From contig JAVKHO010000012.1 of assembly GCA_031459915.1 (NCBI GenBank), forward strand, positions 25,651 through 89,650: DNA of 64,000 nucleotides. Reading direction: 5' to 3'. Origin of the DNA: Candidatus Tepidifontimicrobium thermophilum (lineage in GTDB: Bacteria; Sysuimicrobiota; Sysuimicrobiia; Sysuimicrobiales; Sysuimicrobiaceae). The notes under the pieces are model-generated. The model ran no database searches, was not told the DNA's origin, and saw only the letters and a program-made list of their open reading frames with translations. The translations under genes and the position numbers were made by a program. This document shows positions 1-9,561 of the stretch, one piece after another; within the stretch, counting starts at the first letter, position 1, and each line of letters begins with the position of its first letter.

Positions 1-1
1 C

Positions 2-112
2 GACGTGGTGGTGGTCGCCCGGACAGAGTCCAGCCGGGACATCCCCGCCCTGGCCGAGCGGCTCCGGAGGATCCACGGCGTCGTTCAGGTGGTGACCTGC
101 GTGGCCGTCTGA
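2..112 (+). CDS. C-terminal end of a Lrp/AsnC ligand-binding domain protein (partial)
   Basis: My translation DVVVVARTESSRDIPALAERLRRIHGVVQVVTCVAV* fits the AsnC/RAM C-terminal pattern; 5' end is outside the window. Confidence 0.6.
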   Translation, partial: DVVVVARTESSRDIPALAERLRRIHGVVQVVTCVAV

Positions 113-144
113 CCTGCGGGCCGGGCACGTGCGCTAGCGGGAGG

Positions 145-1077
145 TCACACCCGCACGCGCGGGGTGACCACCGTCATCTCGTCCAGGATCCGCTGCGCCA
201 CCTCCAGGGCTTCCAGCCCCGCCTCCCCCGGCACCCGGGGGGTCGCGTCTCCCCGCACGCAGGCCAGGAAGTGCCGCAGCTCCGCCCGCAGCGGCTCCTC
301 GTGCCGGACCGGGAACTCCCGGCGGCCTGTGGCGGACCGCACCACCATGTGCTCCCGCAGGTAGTTCAGGTACACCGACCCGCCAGAAGTGGTGACCTCG
401 ATTTCCGCGGCCTTCTGCGGGGAAACCCGGCTTGCCACCAGACTCGCCACGCACCCGTCCTCGAGGACCAGGTGCGCGACCGCCAGGTCCTCGTCCCCGT
501 CGTACAGGCGCGCGCCGATCCCCGTCACCCGGTTCACGTGGGACCCTGTCAGTGAAAGCACGATGTCGATGTCGTGGATCATGAGGTCCATCACCACGCC
601 CACGTCCGTGGCGCGCCCCGGCTGGTAGGGGCGCACCCGCCGTGCCTGGACGAACACCGGCTCCCGGGCGCGCTGCAGCAGCTCTTCCACCGAGGGCTTG
701 AACCGCTCCACGTGGCCCACCAGCAGCACCAGGTTCCGGGCCCGCGCCAGGGCCACCAGCTCCCGCGCCTCCTCCACCCGGGCGGTGATGGGCTTCTCCA
801 CCAGGACGTGCACGCCTGCCTGCAGGAGGTCGCGGGCGATGGCGTAGTGGTGCACGGTGGGTGCCACCACGCTCACCGCGTCCACCTTCCCCACCAGCTC
901 CCGGTGGTCCAGGAAGCCCGGGACGCGGTAGCGGGCGCTGAACTCCGCCACTTCCTCCGGGTTAGGGGAGACCACCGCGACCAGATGGGCTTCGGGTAGC
1001 TGGTGGTAGATGCGGACGTGGTGGCGCCCCCACTTGCCCAACCCGACCACGCCCACGCGCACGGCCTCCGGCTTCAC
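145..1077 (-). CDS. Gfo/Idh/MocA family oxidoreductase (GnnA/WlbA-like sugar-nucleotide 3-dehydrogenase)
   Basis: VGVVGLGKWG, VLVEKP, VGHVERF, DLMIHDID; GTG start overlaps the upstream stop (GTGA). Confidence 0.85.
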   Translation of the reverse strand: MKPEAVRVGVVGLGKWGRHHVRIYHQLPEAHLVAVVSPNPEEVAEFSARYRVPGFLDHRELVGKVDAVSVVAPTVHHYAIARDLLQAGVHVLVEKPITARVEEARELVALARARNLVLLVGHVERFKPSVEELLQRAREPVFVQARRVRPYQPGRATDVGVVMDLMIHDIDIVLSLTGSHVNRVTGIGARLYDGDEDLAVAHLVLEDGCVASLVASRVSPQKAAEIEVTTSGGSVYLNYLREHMVVRSATGRREFPVRHEEPLRAELRHFLACVRGDATPRVPGEAGLEALEVAQRILDEMTVVTPRVRV

Positions 1078-2204
1078 GGGGAAGCCACCACCTGCCGCGC
1101 GAACTCCCGGACCGCGTCCACCACCCTCCGCAGGTCGCCCTCCGTCAGCGCCGGATGCACGGGCAGGGACAGGACCTCGCCGCTCGCGCGCTCGGCCTGG
1201 GGCCACCCGCCGGGCGTGTACCCCAACCGCCGGTAGGGCTCGGTGTGCGGGACCGGCTCCGGGTAGTACACGCGGGTCTCCACGCCCCGCGCCCGCAGGT
1301 GGCGGCTCAACTCGTCGCGGCGCCGGGCCCGCACGGTGTACTGGTGGTACACATGGAAGTACCCCTCCGGCTCCGTGGGCGGGAGGATCCCGGGGAGGTC
1401 CCGCAGGACTTCGGTCAGGGTCTGCGCGTTCCGGCGGCGCGCGGCGTTGCGCTCGTCCAGCTTCTCCAGCTGCCCCAGGCCCAACGCCGCCGCCAGGTCA
1501 GTCATCCGGTAGTTGTGGCCCACCACCTCGTACCGGTACGGGCCGGACTGTCCCTGGTGCACCAACAGCCGGACCCGGCGGGCCAGCTGTGGGTCCCGGG
1601 CGACCACCATGCCGCCCTCCCCCGTGGTCATGTTCTTGGTGGGGTAGAAGCTGAACACCGCGGCCACGCCGAACCCGCCCACCCGCCGACCCCGCAGGGC
1701 CGCGCCGTGGGCCTGTGCCGCGTCCTCCACCAGCCACACCCCGTGGCGGTCCGCCAGCTCTGCGAGCACGTCCACGGCCGCCGGCAGCCCGTACAGGTGC
1801 ACCGCCACGATCCCGCGCACCCTGGGGTGACGGCGGAGCGCGTCCTCCACGGAGGACGGGTCGAGGTTGAAAGTTACCGGATCGATGTCCACAAACACGG
1901 GACGGGCGCCGCGGTGCACGACCGCGTTGGCGGTGGCCGCGAAGGTGAACGCGGGGACCACCACCTCGTCGCCAGGTCCGACCCCCAGGGCCTCCAGCAG
2001 CACCTCCAGGCCCGCGGTTCCGGAGCTGGTGGCCACCGCGTGGGGCACCTGCACGTACGCGGCGAAGGCAGCCTCGAACCGCTCCACCCACTCGCCCGAG
2101 CTCAGCTTTCCGGAGGACAACACTTCCAGCACGCGCCGGCGGTCCGCCTCCGTGACCACGGGTCGGGCGATAGGCACCCAGTCCACTTCCACCTCCGCGG
2201 ACAC
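1074..2204 (-). CDS. DegT/DnrJ/EryC1/StrS family sugar aminotransferase
   Basis: SSGTAGL, VHLYG, EDAAQAHG, FSFYPTKN (PLP Lys), GEGG, GHNYRM; start at 2204 or 2186. Confidence 0.92.
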   Translation of the reverse strand: MSAEVEVDWVPIARPVVTEADRRRVLEVLSSGKLSSGEWVERFEAAFAAYVQVPHAVATSSGTAGLEVLLEALGVGPGDEVVVPAFTFAATANAVVHRGARPVFVDIDPVTFNLDPSSVEDALRRHPRVRGIVAVHLYGLPAAVDVLAELADRHGVWLVEDAAQAHGAALRGRRVGGFGVAAVFSFYPTKNMTTGEGGMVVARDPQLARRVRLLVHQGQSGPYRYEVVGHNYRMTDLAAALGLGQLEKLDERNAARRRNAQTLTEVLRDLPGILPPTEPEGYFHVYHQYTVRARRRDELSRHLRARGVETRVYYPEPVPHTEPYRRLGYTPGGWPQAERASGEVLSLPVHPALTEGDLRRVVDAVREFARQVVASP

Positions 2205-2331
2205 GAAGCGACCCCTCCGGCCACCACCAGAGGGGTCTACAACAGACCGGGGCGCCGCGACGGCCGCTTGCGGCGCAGCCCCCTCGTCATCTCCCACCAC
2301 CGGTCCCGGCGCGGCCGACACGCCACGGCCG

Positions 2332-2478
2332 CTACTGGATCACCACCCGCCGGTTGGTGGCCAGGACCCAGATGAGGAACGCCAGCAACAGGACCACCAG
2401 CAGCTCCGCCTGACCGGAGCGGTCGCCGAGCCAGCGCCGCAGCCACGCCCGTACCTGCGCGTAGAGGAACTCGCCCAT
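2332..2478 (-). CDS. 48-aa single-TM small protein with prepilin-like N-terminus
   Basis: Not in the ORF track; SD GGAGGTGA then MGEFLYAQVRAWLRRWLGDRSGQAELLVVLLLAFLIWVLATNRRVVIQ*. Confidence 0.6.
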   Translation of the reverse strand: MGEFLYAQVRAWLRRWLGDRSGQAELLVVLLLAFLIWVLATNRRVVIQ

Positions 2479-2501
2479 CGCTCACCTCCGCGCCGTTTTT
2501 C

Positions 2502-2960
2502 CTAACCTCCGCCGGAGGCCCCTGCGGTTTCCTCCGCCCGCTTGCGCAGGGCCTCCAGCATGCCCTCCGCGTTCTTCCGCACGAGCTGCCGGACCAGGTT
2601 CGTGAGCAGCGGGCCCAAAAGCGGGATCCGCAGTTCGTAGTCCAGCACCAGACGGACCGAGCAACCGCCCGGTGCCGGCTCGAAGCTCCACGTCCCCTCG
2701 AACCGGTCGAAGTCGCCCTCCCGCTGGCGGAACGTGCACACCCGCCGCGCGTCGTCCCACTCGTCCTCCTCGGTCCAGGCCACGCGCCGGCCCTGGATCC
2801 TGCCGACCCACGCGGTGACGGTCCGGCTGCCGTCCCGGTGGACCACCCGCAGGCTCTCCACGTCCGGCATGAACTCCGGGAACTGTTCCACGTCCTTCGC
2901 GACGGTGTACACGTGGTCCACGGGCGCGCGGACGAACGTCTGCACCTCCACCACCGGCAT
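2502..2960 (-). CDS. SRPBCC/START (polyketide cyclase-like) family protein
   Basis: APVDHVY..KDVEQFPEFMPDV, EGDFDRFEGTWSF; SD GGAGG. Confidence 0.85.
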   Translation of the reverse strand: MPVVEVQTFVRAPVDHVYTVAKDVEQFPEFMPDVESLRVVHRDGSRTVTAWVGRIQGRRVAWTEEDEWDDARRVCTFRQREGDFDRFEGTWSFEPAPGGCSVRLVLDYELRIPLLGPLLTNLVRQLVRKNAEGMLEALRKRAEETAGASGGG

Positions 2961-3003
2961 CCTGATCCCTCCAGGGAAGGATACGCCGTGCGCGGACCAA
3001 GTC

Positions 3004-4773
3004 CTACGTGGCCGCCCAGGGCTTGAGCCGGCTCAGCAGGGCCCACGGCAGCTCCGCCTCCACGTGTACCGCGTCGGGGTGGTACTCCTCGCGCAGCACA
3101 CGGCCTCCCCGCCGCAGCTCGGCCAGCAGCCCGGCCTGCGCGTAGGGGATCCGCAGGCGGGTGCGCGGCCACCCTGGCAGCGCCTGCGCCACCCGCGCCA
3201 GGAGCTCCTCCAGTCCGGTCCTCCGCAGGGCGCTGATGGGGACCCCGCCCGTGCGGGCCACCAGCTCCGCCACCCGGTCCGCGGGAAGCCGGTCGGTCTT
3301 GTTGAGGGCCAGCACCGTGGGCTTGCCGTCGGCGCCCAGCTCCTCCAGCAGCTCTTCCACCGCCCGGCGCTGCCGTTCCCAGGCGGGATGGGACACGTCC
3401 AGGACGTGCACCAACGCGTCGGCCTCCGTCACCTCCTCCAGGGTGGCGCGGAAGGCCGCCACCAGCTGCGTGGGCAGCTTCCGCAGAAAGCCCACGGTGT
3501 CCACCAGCACCACGGGCCGCCCGTCGGGCAGACGCGCGCGGCGCGCGGTGGGGTCCAGGGTGGCGAACAGCTTGTCCTCCACGAACACCTGCGCACCGGA
3601 CAGGGCATTGAGGAGGGTGGACTTGCCCGCGTTGGTGTACCCCACCAGGGCTACCACGGGGACCTCCGCCTGCTGGCGGGCGCGCCGCTGCGTCCGCCGG
3701 GCCCGCGCCACCTCCTCGATGCGGGCACGCAGCTCGTCGACGCGCCGGCGGACGCGGCGGCGGTCCGTCTCCAGCTGCGTCTCCCCTGGGCCCCGGGTCC
3801 CGATCCCACCGCCCAGGCGGGACAGCAACACCCCCTTGCCCACCAGCCTCGGCAGCAGGTAGGTCATCTGCGCCAGTTCCACCTGGAGGCGGCCCTCCCG
3901 GGTCCGGGCGCGGCGGGCAAAGATGTCCAGCACGAGCGCGGTGCGGTCCACCACCTTGACCCCCAGCTCCTCCTCCAGGTTGCGCTGCTGCGCGGGCGTG
4001 AGCTCCTCGTCGAACACCACCAGGTCCGCGGCCTCCCGCTCCACCAAGGCGCGCAGCTCCGCCACCTTCCCGCGGCCGATGAGGGTCGCCGGGTCCGGGC
4101 GCGGGCGTTCCTGGGTCAGCACATCCACCACCTCCGCGCCTGCGGTCTCCGCCAGACGGCGCAGCTCCTCCAGGGACTCCGGGTCCGAGTAGCCACCGCG
4201 TCCCGGCACCACCAGCCCCACCAGCACCGCCCGTTCCGGCCGCTCCGAGCCCGAGGGCGCGCCCCGCGAGGCTTCCTCCACGGCCCGGATGCGGTCTGCG
4301 GCGCGGAGGTGGCCCAGCGTCTCCAGGTCGAAGGGCCCCTCTAGCTGCAACGACCCGGCCGCGCTGCTCACCCACGCCTCCGTCACCTGTCCGCGGCGGT
4401 GACCTAAGGTCACCAGAAGGTCCAGGCGCGCGCCTTCCAGGAGTTCTAGGTCCGCGTCGGTGGGATACGCTTCCGGCTGGTCGTACACCAGCACCAGCCG
4501 CAGGCCGCACGGCCGCCCGTCCCGGCGCCGCTGCAGGGTGGCCTCCAGTTCCGGCCAGTTGCGCCCGAGCAGCACGTGGGCGCAGTGGGCGTTCCGCGAC
4601 AGCAGAACTCCGACCCCGCGACGGGCCACGTGCGCCAGCTGCGCCAGCCGGGCCGCCAGCTCCGGGTCGCACACGAGCTCGGGGGCGAACGTCCGACCGC
4701 GCAGCGCCGCGACCAGGTTCCGGGCCTCCTTGGACAGCCGGTGCGTGTTGCCGATCAGGAACGGGAGCCGCAC
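3004..4773 (-). CDS. hflX: GTPase HflX, long form with N-terminal extension
   Basis: ELTPAQQRNLE, GIGTRGPGETQLE, GYTNAGKST, LFATLD, DTVG, NKTD. Confidence 0.95.
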   Translation of the reverse strand: MRLPFLIGNTHRLSKEARNLVAALRGRTFAPELVCDPELAARLAQLAHVARRGVGVLLSRNAHCAHVLLGRNWPELEATLQRRRDGRPCGLRLVLVYDQPEAYPTDADLELLEGARLDLLVTLGHRRGQVTEAWVSSAAGSLQLEGPFDLETLGHLRAADRIRAVEEASRGAPSGSERPERAVLVGLVVPGRGGYSDPESLEELRRLAETAGAEVVDVLTQERPRPDPATLIGRGKVAELRALVEREAADLVVFDEELTPAQQRNLEEELGVKVVDRTALVLDIFARRARTREGRLQVELAQMTYLLPRLVGKGVLLSRLGGGIGTRGPGETQLETDRRRVRRRVDELRARIEEVARARRTQRRARQQAEVPVVALVGYTNAGKSTLLNALSGAQVFVEDKLFATLDPTARRARLPDGRPVVLVDTVGFLRKLPTQLVAAFRATLEEVTEADALVHVLDVSHPAWERQRRAVEELLEELGADGKPTVLALNKTDRLPADRVAELVARTGGVPISALRRTGLEELLARVAQALPGWPRTRLRIPYAQAGLLAELRRGGRVLREEYHPDAVHVEAELPWALLSRLKPWAAT

Positions 4774-4777
4774 AGGG

Positions 4778-5959
4778 TCACCGCAGCCCGCGCAGGCGCT
4801 CGATTGCCTCCTTCAACCGGTCCTCCGGCGTGGTGAAGGACAGCCGCACGTACCGGTCGCCCACCTCCCCGTATCCAACCCCCGGGGTGACCACCACCGC
4901 GGCGCGGTCCAGCACGTGCTGCGCGAAGGTGACGGAGTCGAACCCGTCAGGTACTTCCGCCCACAGGTAGAAGGTGGCGCGAGGGCGCCCGACCCGCCAC
5001 CCGGCTTCCCGCAGGCCGTCCACCAAAAGGTCCCGGCGCGCCTGGAAGACCGCCACCCGCTGGCGGACCGGCTCCTCCGGCCCCCGCAGGGCGGCCTCCC
5101 CGGCCCGCTGGACGGCCACGAACACCCCGCTGTCCAGGTTCGTCTTCAGCTTGGCCAGCGCCGCCACCACGTCGGGGTTCCCGCACACCCAGCCCAGGCG
5201 CCAGCCTGTCATGCAGAAGGTCTTGGACAGGGAGTGGAACTCCACCCCGACCTCGAGGGCCCCCGGCGCCTGCAGGAACGACGGCGGGCGGTAGCCGTCG
5301 TAGGCGATCTCCGAGTAGGAGTTGTCGTGCACCACCACCACGTCGAACTCCCGCGCGAAGCGCACCACCTCCTCGAAGAAGTCCAGCTCGACGGTGGCCG
5401 CGGTGGGGTTGTTGGGGTAGTTCAAAAACATCAGGCGGGCCCGCCGGGCCACCTCTGTGGGGACCTCGCTGAGGTCCGGGAGGAACCCTGAGGCGGGCCG
5501 CAGCGGTAGGGACTGCGGGACTCCGTCCGCCAGCAGGGTCGCCACCCGGTACACGGGGTACCCCGGGTCGGGCACGAGGGCCACGTCCCCGGGGTTCAGC
5601 AGGGCCCACGGCAGGTGCGCAAGGCCTTCCTTGGACCCGATGAGGGCCAGCACCTCTCGGTCGGGGTCCAGCCGGACGCCGAACCGCCGCTGGTACCAGT
5701 CCGCCACCGCGGCCCGGAAGCTCCCGGTCCCCGGATACGGGGGGTAGCGGTGGGTGGAGGGGTCCGCAACAGCTTGGCGCATGGCCTCCACCACGTGCTC
5801 CGGGGTGGGCAGGTCGGGGTCGCCCACCGCGAGGCTGATCACGTCAACTCCCCGCCGTTGCAGCTCCTCTGTCCGGCGGTCCAGGTCCGCGAACAGGTAA
5901 GGCGGTACCCGCTGCACCCGCTCCGACTCGCGTTGGCGCGTGGTGGGTTCCATCGTCAC
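4778..5959 (-). CDS. dapL: LL-diaminopimelate aminotransferase (class I/II PLP)
   Basis: PPYLFA, GDPDLPTP, LIGSKEG, NYPNNPT, SLSKT..MTGWR, KTNLDSG. Confidence 0.85.
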   Translation of the reverse strand: MTMEPTTRQRESERVQRVPPYLFADLDRRTEELQRRGVDVISLAVGDPDLPTPEHVVEAMRQAVADPSTHRYPPYPGTGSFRAAVADWYQRRFGVRLDPDREVLALIGSKEGLAHLPWALLNPGDVALVPDPGYPVYRVATLLADGVPQSLPLRPASGFLPDLSEVPTEVARRARLMFLNYPNNPTAATVELDFFEEVVRFAREFDVVVVHDNSYSEIAYDGYRPPSFLQAPGALEVGVEFHSLSKTFCMTGWRLGWVCGNPDVVAALAKLKTNLDSGVFVAVQRAGEAALRGPEEPVRQRVAVFQARRDLLVDGLREAGWRVGRPRATFYLWAEVPDGFDSVTFAQHVLDRAAVVVTPGVGYGEVGDRYVRLSFTTPEDRLKEAIERLRGLR

Positions 5960-5980
5960 CTCCTCGATCCTCTCGCAGCC

Positions 5981-6937
5981 CTAGGATAGCCCAAGCGCAA
6001 CACCCTCCGCCCGCAGGACCTCCAGTACACGTTCGCTCACCGCGTCCGGTGGGAGGTCGTCCACGTCCACCCATCGGACCCTGGGATCTGCCCGGAACCA
6101 CGTCCACTGGCGCTTCGCGTACCGGCGGGTGTTGCGCTCCAGCTGGCGTACGGCCTCCTCCAGGCCCACCTGGCCCAGCACGTACGGCACCAGCTCCTTG
6201 TACCCCAGGCCCTGCATGGCGGGCTTGGAGGGATCCACGCCCCGGGCCAGCAGCGCCCGCACTTCCTCCACGAGCCCTGCGGCCAGCTGCTGCTGGATGC
6301 GCCGGGAGATCCGTTCGTACAGCCGCATCCGGTCCACGGTGAGGCCCACCTGGAATGCCTCTTCCCCCGCCTCGCGCCGGGCCAGCTGGCTGAAGGGCCG
6401 TCCGGTGTGCACCACCACTTCGAGCGCGCGGATCACCCGGCGCAGGTTCTGCGGGGGAATCCGGGACGCGGCCTCGGGGTCCAGCTCCATCAGGCGGCGG
6501 TACAGTACCCCAGGTTGCTGCCGTTCCTGTTCCTCCCAGGCCCGGCGGGCTGCCCAGTCTGGCGGCACCTGCGGGATCCGAAGGCCGTCTACCACGGCCC
6601 GCACGTACAGCCCCGTCCCGCCCACCAGGATCGGCACCCTCCCCCGCGTGCGGATGTCCGCGATGGCCTGCCGGGCCAGGCGCTGGAAGTCCCAGACGGT
6701 GAACACCTCCGCCGGGTCCGCCACGTCCAGCAGGTGGTGCGGGACCCGGGCCCGCAGGGCCGCGGTGGGCTTGGCGGTCCCGATGTCCATGCCGCGGTAG
6801 ACGGTGCGGGAGTCCGCGCACACCACCTCCCCGCCCAGCCGCTCCGCGAGCTCCACCGCCACCGCGGACTTCCCCACGGCGGTGGGGCCCACCACCACCA
6901 GGAGCGGCAAGCCACGGACACCAGGAGTCCTGTCCAC
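5981..6937 (-). CDS. miaA: tRNA dimethylallyltransferase
   Basis: GPTAVGKS, DSRTVYRGMDIGTAKP, VPHHLLD, GGTGLY, TRRYAKRQWTWF; start uncertain (GTG 6937 or TTG 6910). Confidence 0.95.
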   Translation of the reverse strand: MDRTPGVRGLPLLVVVGPTAVGKSAVAVELAERLGGEVVCADSRTVYRGMDIGTAKPTAALRARVPHHLLDVADPAEVFTVWDFQRLARQAIADIRTRGRVPILVGGTGLYVRAVVDGLRIPQVPPDWAARRAWEEQERQQPGVLYRRLMELDPEAASRIPPQNLRRVIRALEVVVHTGRPFSQLARREAGEEAFQVGLTVDRMRLYERISRRIQQQLAAGLVEEVRALLARGVDPSKPAMQGLGYKELVPYVLGQVGLEEAVRQLERNTRRYAKRQWTWFRADPRVRWVDVDDLPPDAVSERVLEVLRAEGVALGLS

Positions 6938-6959
6938 GGTCCGAGAACACCGTACAACG

Positions 6960-9560
6960 ATGGACACCCCCATGATGCGTCAGTACCAGGCCCTGAAGCG
7001 GGCCTACCCAGGCACGCTCCTGCTGTTCCGCCTGGGGGACTTCTACGAGCTGTTTGGCGAGGACGCAGAGGTCGCCGCCCGGGTGCTGGACCTCACCCTC
7101 ACCTCGCGTCCCGTGGCCAAGGGCCGACGGGTCCCCATGTGCGGGGTACCCCACCAGACCCTCGAGTCGTACCTGAGCCGGTTGCTGGAACGCGGTTTCC
7201 GCGTGGCCATCTGCGAGCAGGTGGAGGACCCGCGCAAGGCCAAGGGGCTGGTACGCCGCGAGGTGGTGCGGGTGGTCACGCCGGGGACGGTCACCTCGGA
7301 GGCCTTGCTGCCGCCCCGGGAGAACGTGTACCTCGCCGCCGTCAACCCCACCGCCCAGCGGTGGGGCGTGGCGGTGGCGGACCTGTCCACCGGGGAGTTC
7401 CGGATCACCGAGCTGGAGCCGGAAGCGGCCGTGCAGGAGCTGGAGCGGCTCTCGGTCCGGGAGGTCCTGCACCCGGAAGGGAGCGAGCTCCCACCGACCG
7501 TGGGCGGCGCCCGTACCCCGTACGAACCGTGGCGGTTCGACCTGCAGGAGGCCAGGCGAGTGCTGTGCGAGCAGTTCCAGGTGGTCTCCCTGGACGGCTT
7601 CGGCTGCGGTGACCTCCCGCTGGCCACGGGCGCCGCGGGCGCCCTGATCCAGTACCTGAGGGAAACGCAGCGCAGCGGCCTCCTCCACATCCACGGCCTG
7701 CAGGTGTACCGGCCCCAGGAGACCCTGCTCCTGGACCCAAGCGCGGTGCGCAGCCTGGAGCTGCTGCAGCCCCTGGCGGGCAAGGACCGCAGGGCGACCC
7801 TGGTGGGGGTGCTGGACCGGACCCGCACCAGCATGGGGGGCCGGCTGCTCCGGCGCTGGATCCTGGCCCCCCTTCTGGACCGGGCCCGCATCGAGGCGCG
7901 TCTGGACGCGGTGGAGGAGCTCGTCCGCTACACCCACCGTCCGCAGCTGCAGGAGCGGTTGGGACAGGTGGCGGACCTGGAGCGGCTGGTGGGACGGTGC
8001 GGCCACGGTTCGGCCAATCCGCGCGACCTCGTGGCGCTGCAGCGCAGCCTGGCCGCGGTGGCGGAGCTGCACCGGCAGGCTTCCGGGTTCCGCAGCGCCC
8101 TGCTCCAGGAGGTAGCGTCCCGGCTGGACAGCCACGACGACCTACGGGAGGAGCTGCAGCGCGCCCTGGTGGACGACCCGCCCAGCAACCCGCGCGAAGG
8201 AGGCTTCGTCCGCGAGGGGTACGACGCAGAGCTGGACCAGCTGCGGCGCGCCGCGAGCGACGCCAAGCGGTGGATCCGCGACCTGGAAGCCCGGGAGCGG
8301 GAGCGGACCGGGATCAAGAGCCTTCGGGTAGGGTTCAACAAGGTCTTCGGCTACTACATCGAGGTCACCCGCCCCCACCGGGACCGCGTGCCGCCGGACT
8401 ACGAGCGCCGGCAGACCCTGGTGGGGGCCGAACGCTACGTCACCCCTGAGATGAAGGAGCGCGAGGCCCTGATCCTGAACGCGGAGGAGCGGCAGAGGGA
8501 GCGGGAGTACGAGATCTTCTGCAGCCTTCGGGACCGAGTGGCCGCCCGGGGGGCTTCGCTTCTCGCCACCGCCTCCGCGGTGGCCACCCTGGACGTGCTT
8601 TGTTCGTTCGCGGAGGTGTCCGAGGCGTACGGCTACGCGCGGCCGGAGCTGGTGGACGAGCCCGTCCTGGAGGTGGAGGGGGGAAGGCACCCGGTAGTCG
8701 AGCGGCTGCTGGAGGAGCCCTTCGTCCCCAACGACCTCCGCATGGACCCCCGGCGTCGGATCGCGGTGGTCACGGGCCCCAACTTCGCGGGCAAGTCCAC
8801 GTACCTGCGGCAGAACGCCCTGTTGGTGATCCTGGCGCAGGCGGGCTGTTTCGTGCCCGCCCGGTCTGCCCGGGTGGGGCTGGTGGACCGGGTGTTCACC
8901 CGGGTGGGAGCCGCCGACGACCTGGCGGGGGGGCGCAGCACCTTCCTCGTGGAGATGCAGGAGGTGGCCAACATCCTGCGCAACGCCACGCCCCGCAGCC
9001 TCGTGATCCTGGACGAGGTGGGCCGCGGGACCGCCACCTACGACGGGCTCAGCATCGCGTGGGCAGTGGTGGAGTACCTGCAGGCCCACGCACGGCCCCG
9101 GACCCTGTTCGCCACCCACTACCACGAACTCACGGAGCTCGCTGGGCGCCTGGACGGGGTGTTCAACCTGAACGTGCGGGTCCGCGAGGAAGGCGAGCGG
9201 GTGGTGTTCCTGCACCAAGTGGCGGAGGGCGCCTCCGACCGCGCCTACGGCATCCACGTGGCCCGGCTGGCGGGCGTGCCGCGGGAGGTCACCCGTAGGG
9301 CCGCAGAGCTGTTGGAGGAGCTGCAGGGCCTGGCCCGGAAGGAGGGAACCCTGGCCCGGCGGGGCCGCGCGGTGCAGATGGCTCTTCCCCTGTCAGTGCC
9401 CTCGGAGGTGGAGGCGGAGCTGGCCTCCCTGGACCTGGCGTCCATGACGCCCCTGGAGGCCCTCAACAAGCTGCACGAGCTTCAGCAGCGGGTGCGGGAG
9501 CGCACTCGCGCGGAGCCGTCCAAGGTGGTGCGCATGCGTCCCGCGCCCGGGAAGCGCTGA
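6960..9560 (+). CDS. mutS: DNA mismatch repair protein MutS
   Basis: TPMMRQY, GDFYELF, TGPNFAGKSTYLRQ, STFLVEM, DEVGRGT, FATHYHEL. Confidence 0.97.
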   Translation: MDTPMMRQYQALKRAYPGTLLLFRLGDFYELFGEDAEVAARVLDLTLTSRPVAKGRRVPMCGVPHQTLESYLSRLLERGFRVAICEQVEDPRKAKGLVRREVVRVVTPGTVTSEALLPPRENVYLAAVNPTAQRWGVAVADLSTGEFRITELEPEAAVQELERLSVREVLHPEGSELPPTVGGARTPYEPWRFDLQEARRVLCEQFQVVSLDGFGCGDLPLATGAAGALIQYLRETQRSGLLHIHGLQVYRPQETLLLDPSAVRSLELLQPLAGKDRRATLVGVLDRTRTSMGGRLLRRWILAPLLDRARIEARLDAVEELVRYTHRPQLQERLGQVADLERLVGRCGHGSANPRDLVALQRSLAAVAELHRQASGFRSALLQEVASRLDSHDDLREELQRALVDDPPSNPREGGFVREGYDAELDQLRRAASDAKRWIRDLEARERERTGIKSLRVGFNKVFGYYIEVTRPHRDRVPPDYERRQTLVGAERYVTPEMKEREALILNAEERQREREYEIFCSLRDRVAARGASLLATASAVATLDVLCSFAEVSEAYGYARPELVDEPVLEVEGGRHPVVERLLEEPFVPNDLRMDPRRRIAVVTGPNFAGKSTYLRQNALLVILAQAGCFVPARSARVGLVDRVFTRVGAADDLAGGRSTFLVEMQEVANILRNATPRSLVILDEVGRGTATYDGLSIAWAVVEYLQAHARPRTLFATHYHELTELAGRLDGVFNLNVRVREEGERVVFLHQVAEGASDRAYGIHVARLAGVPREVTRRAAELLEELQGLARKEGTLARRGRAVQMALPLSVPSEVEAELASLDLASMTPLEALNKLHELQQRVRERTRAEPSKVVRMRPAPGKR

Positions 9561-9561
9561 C

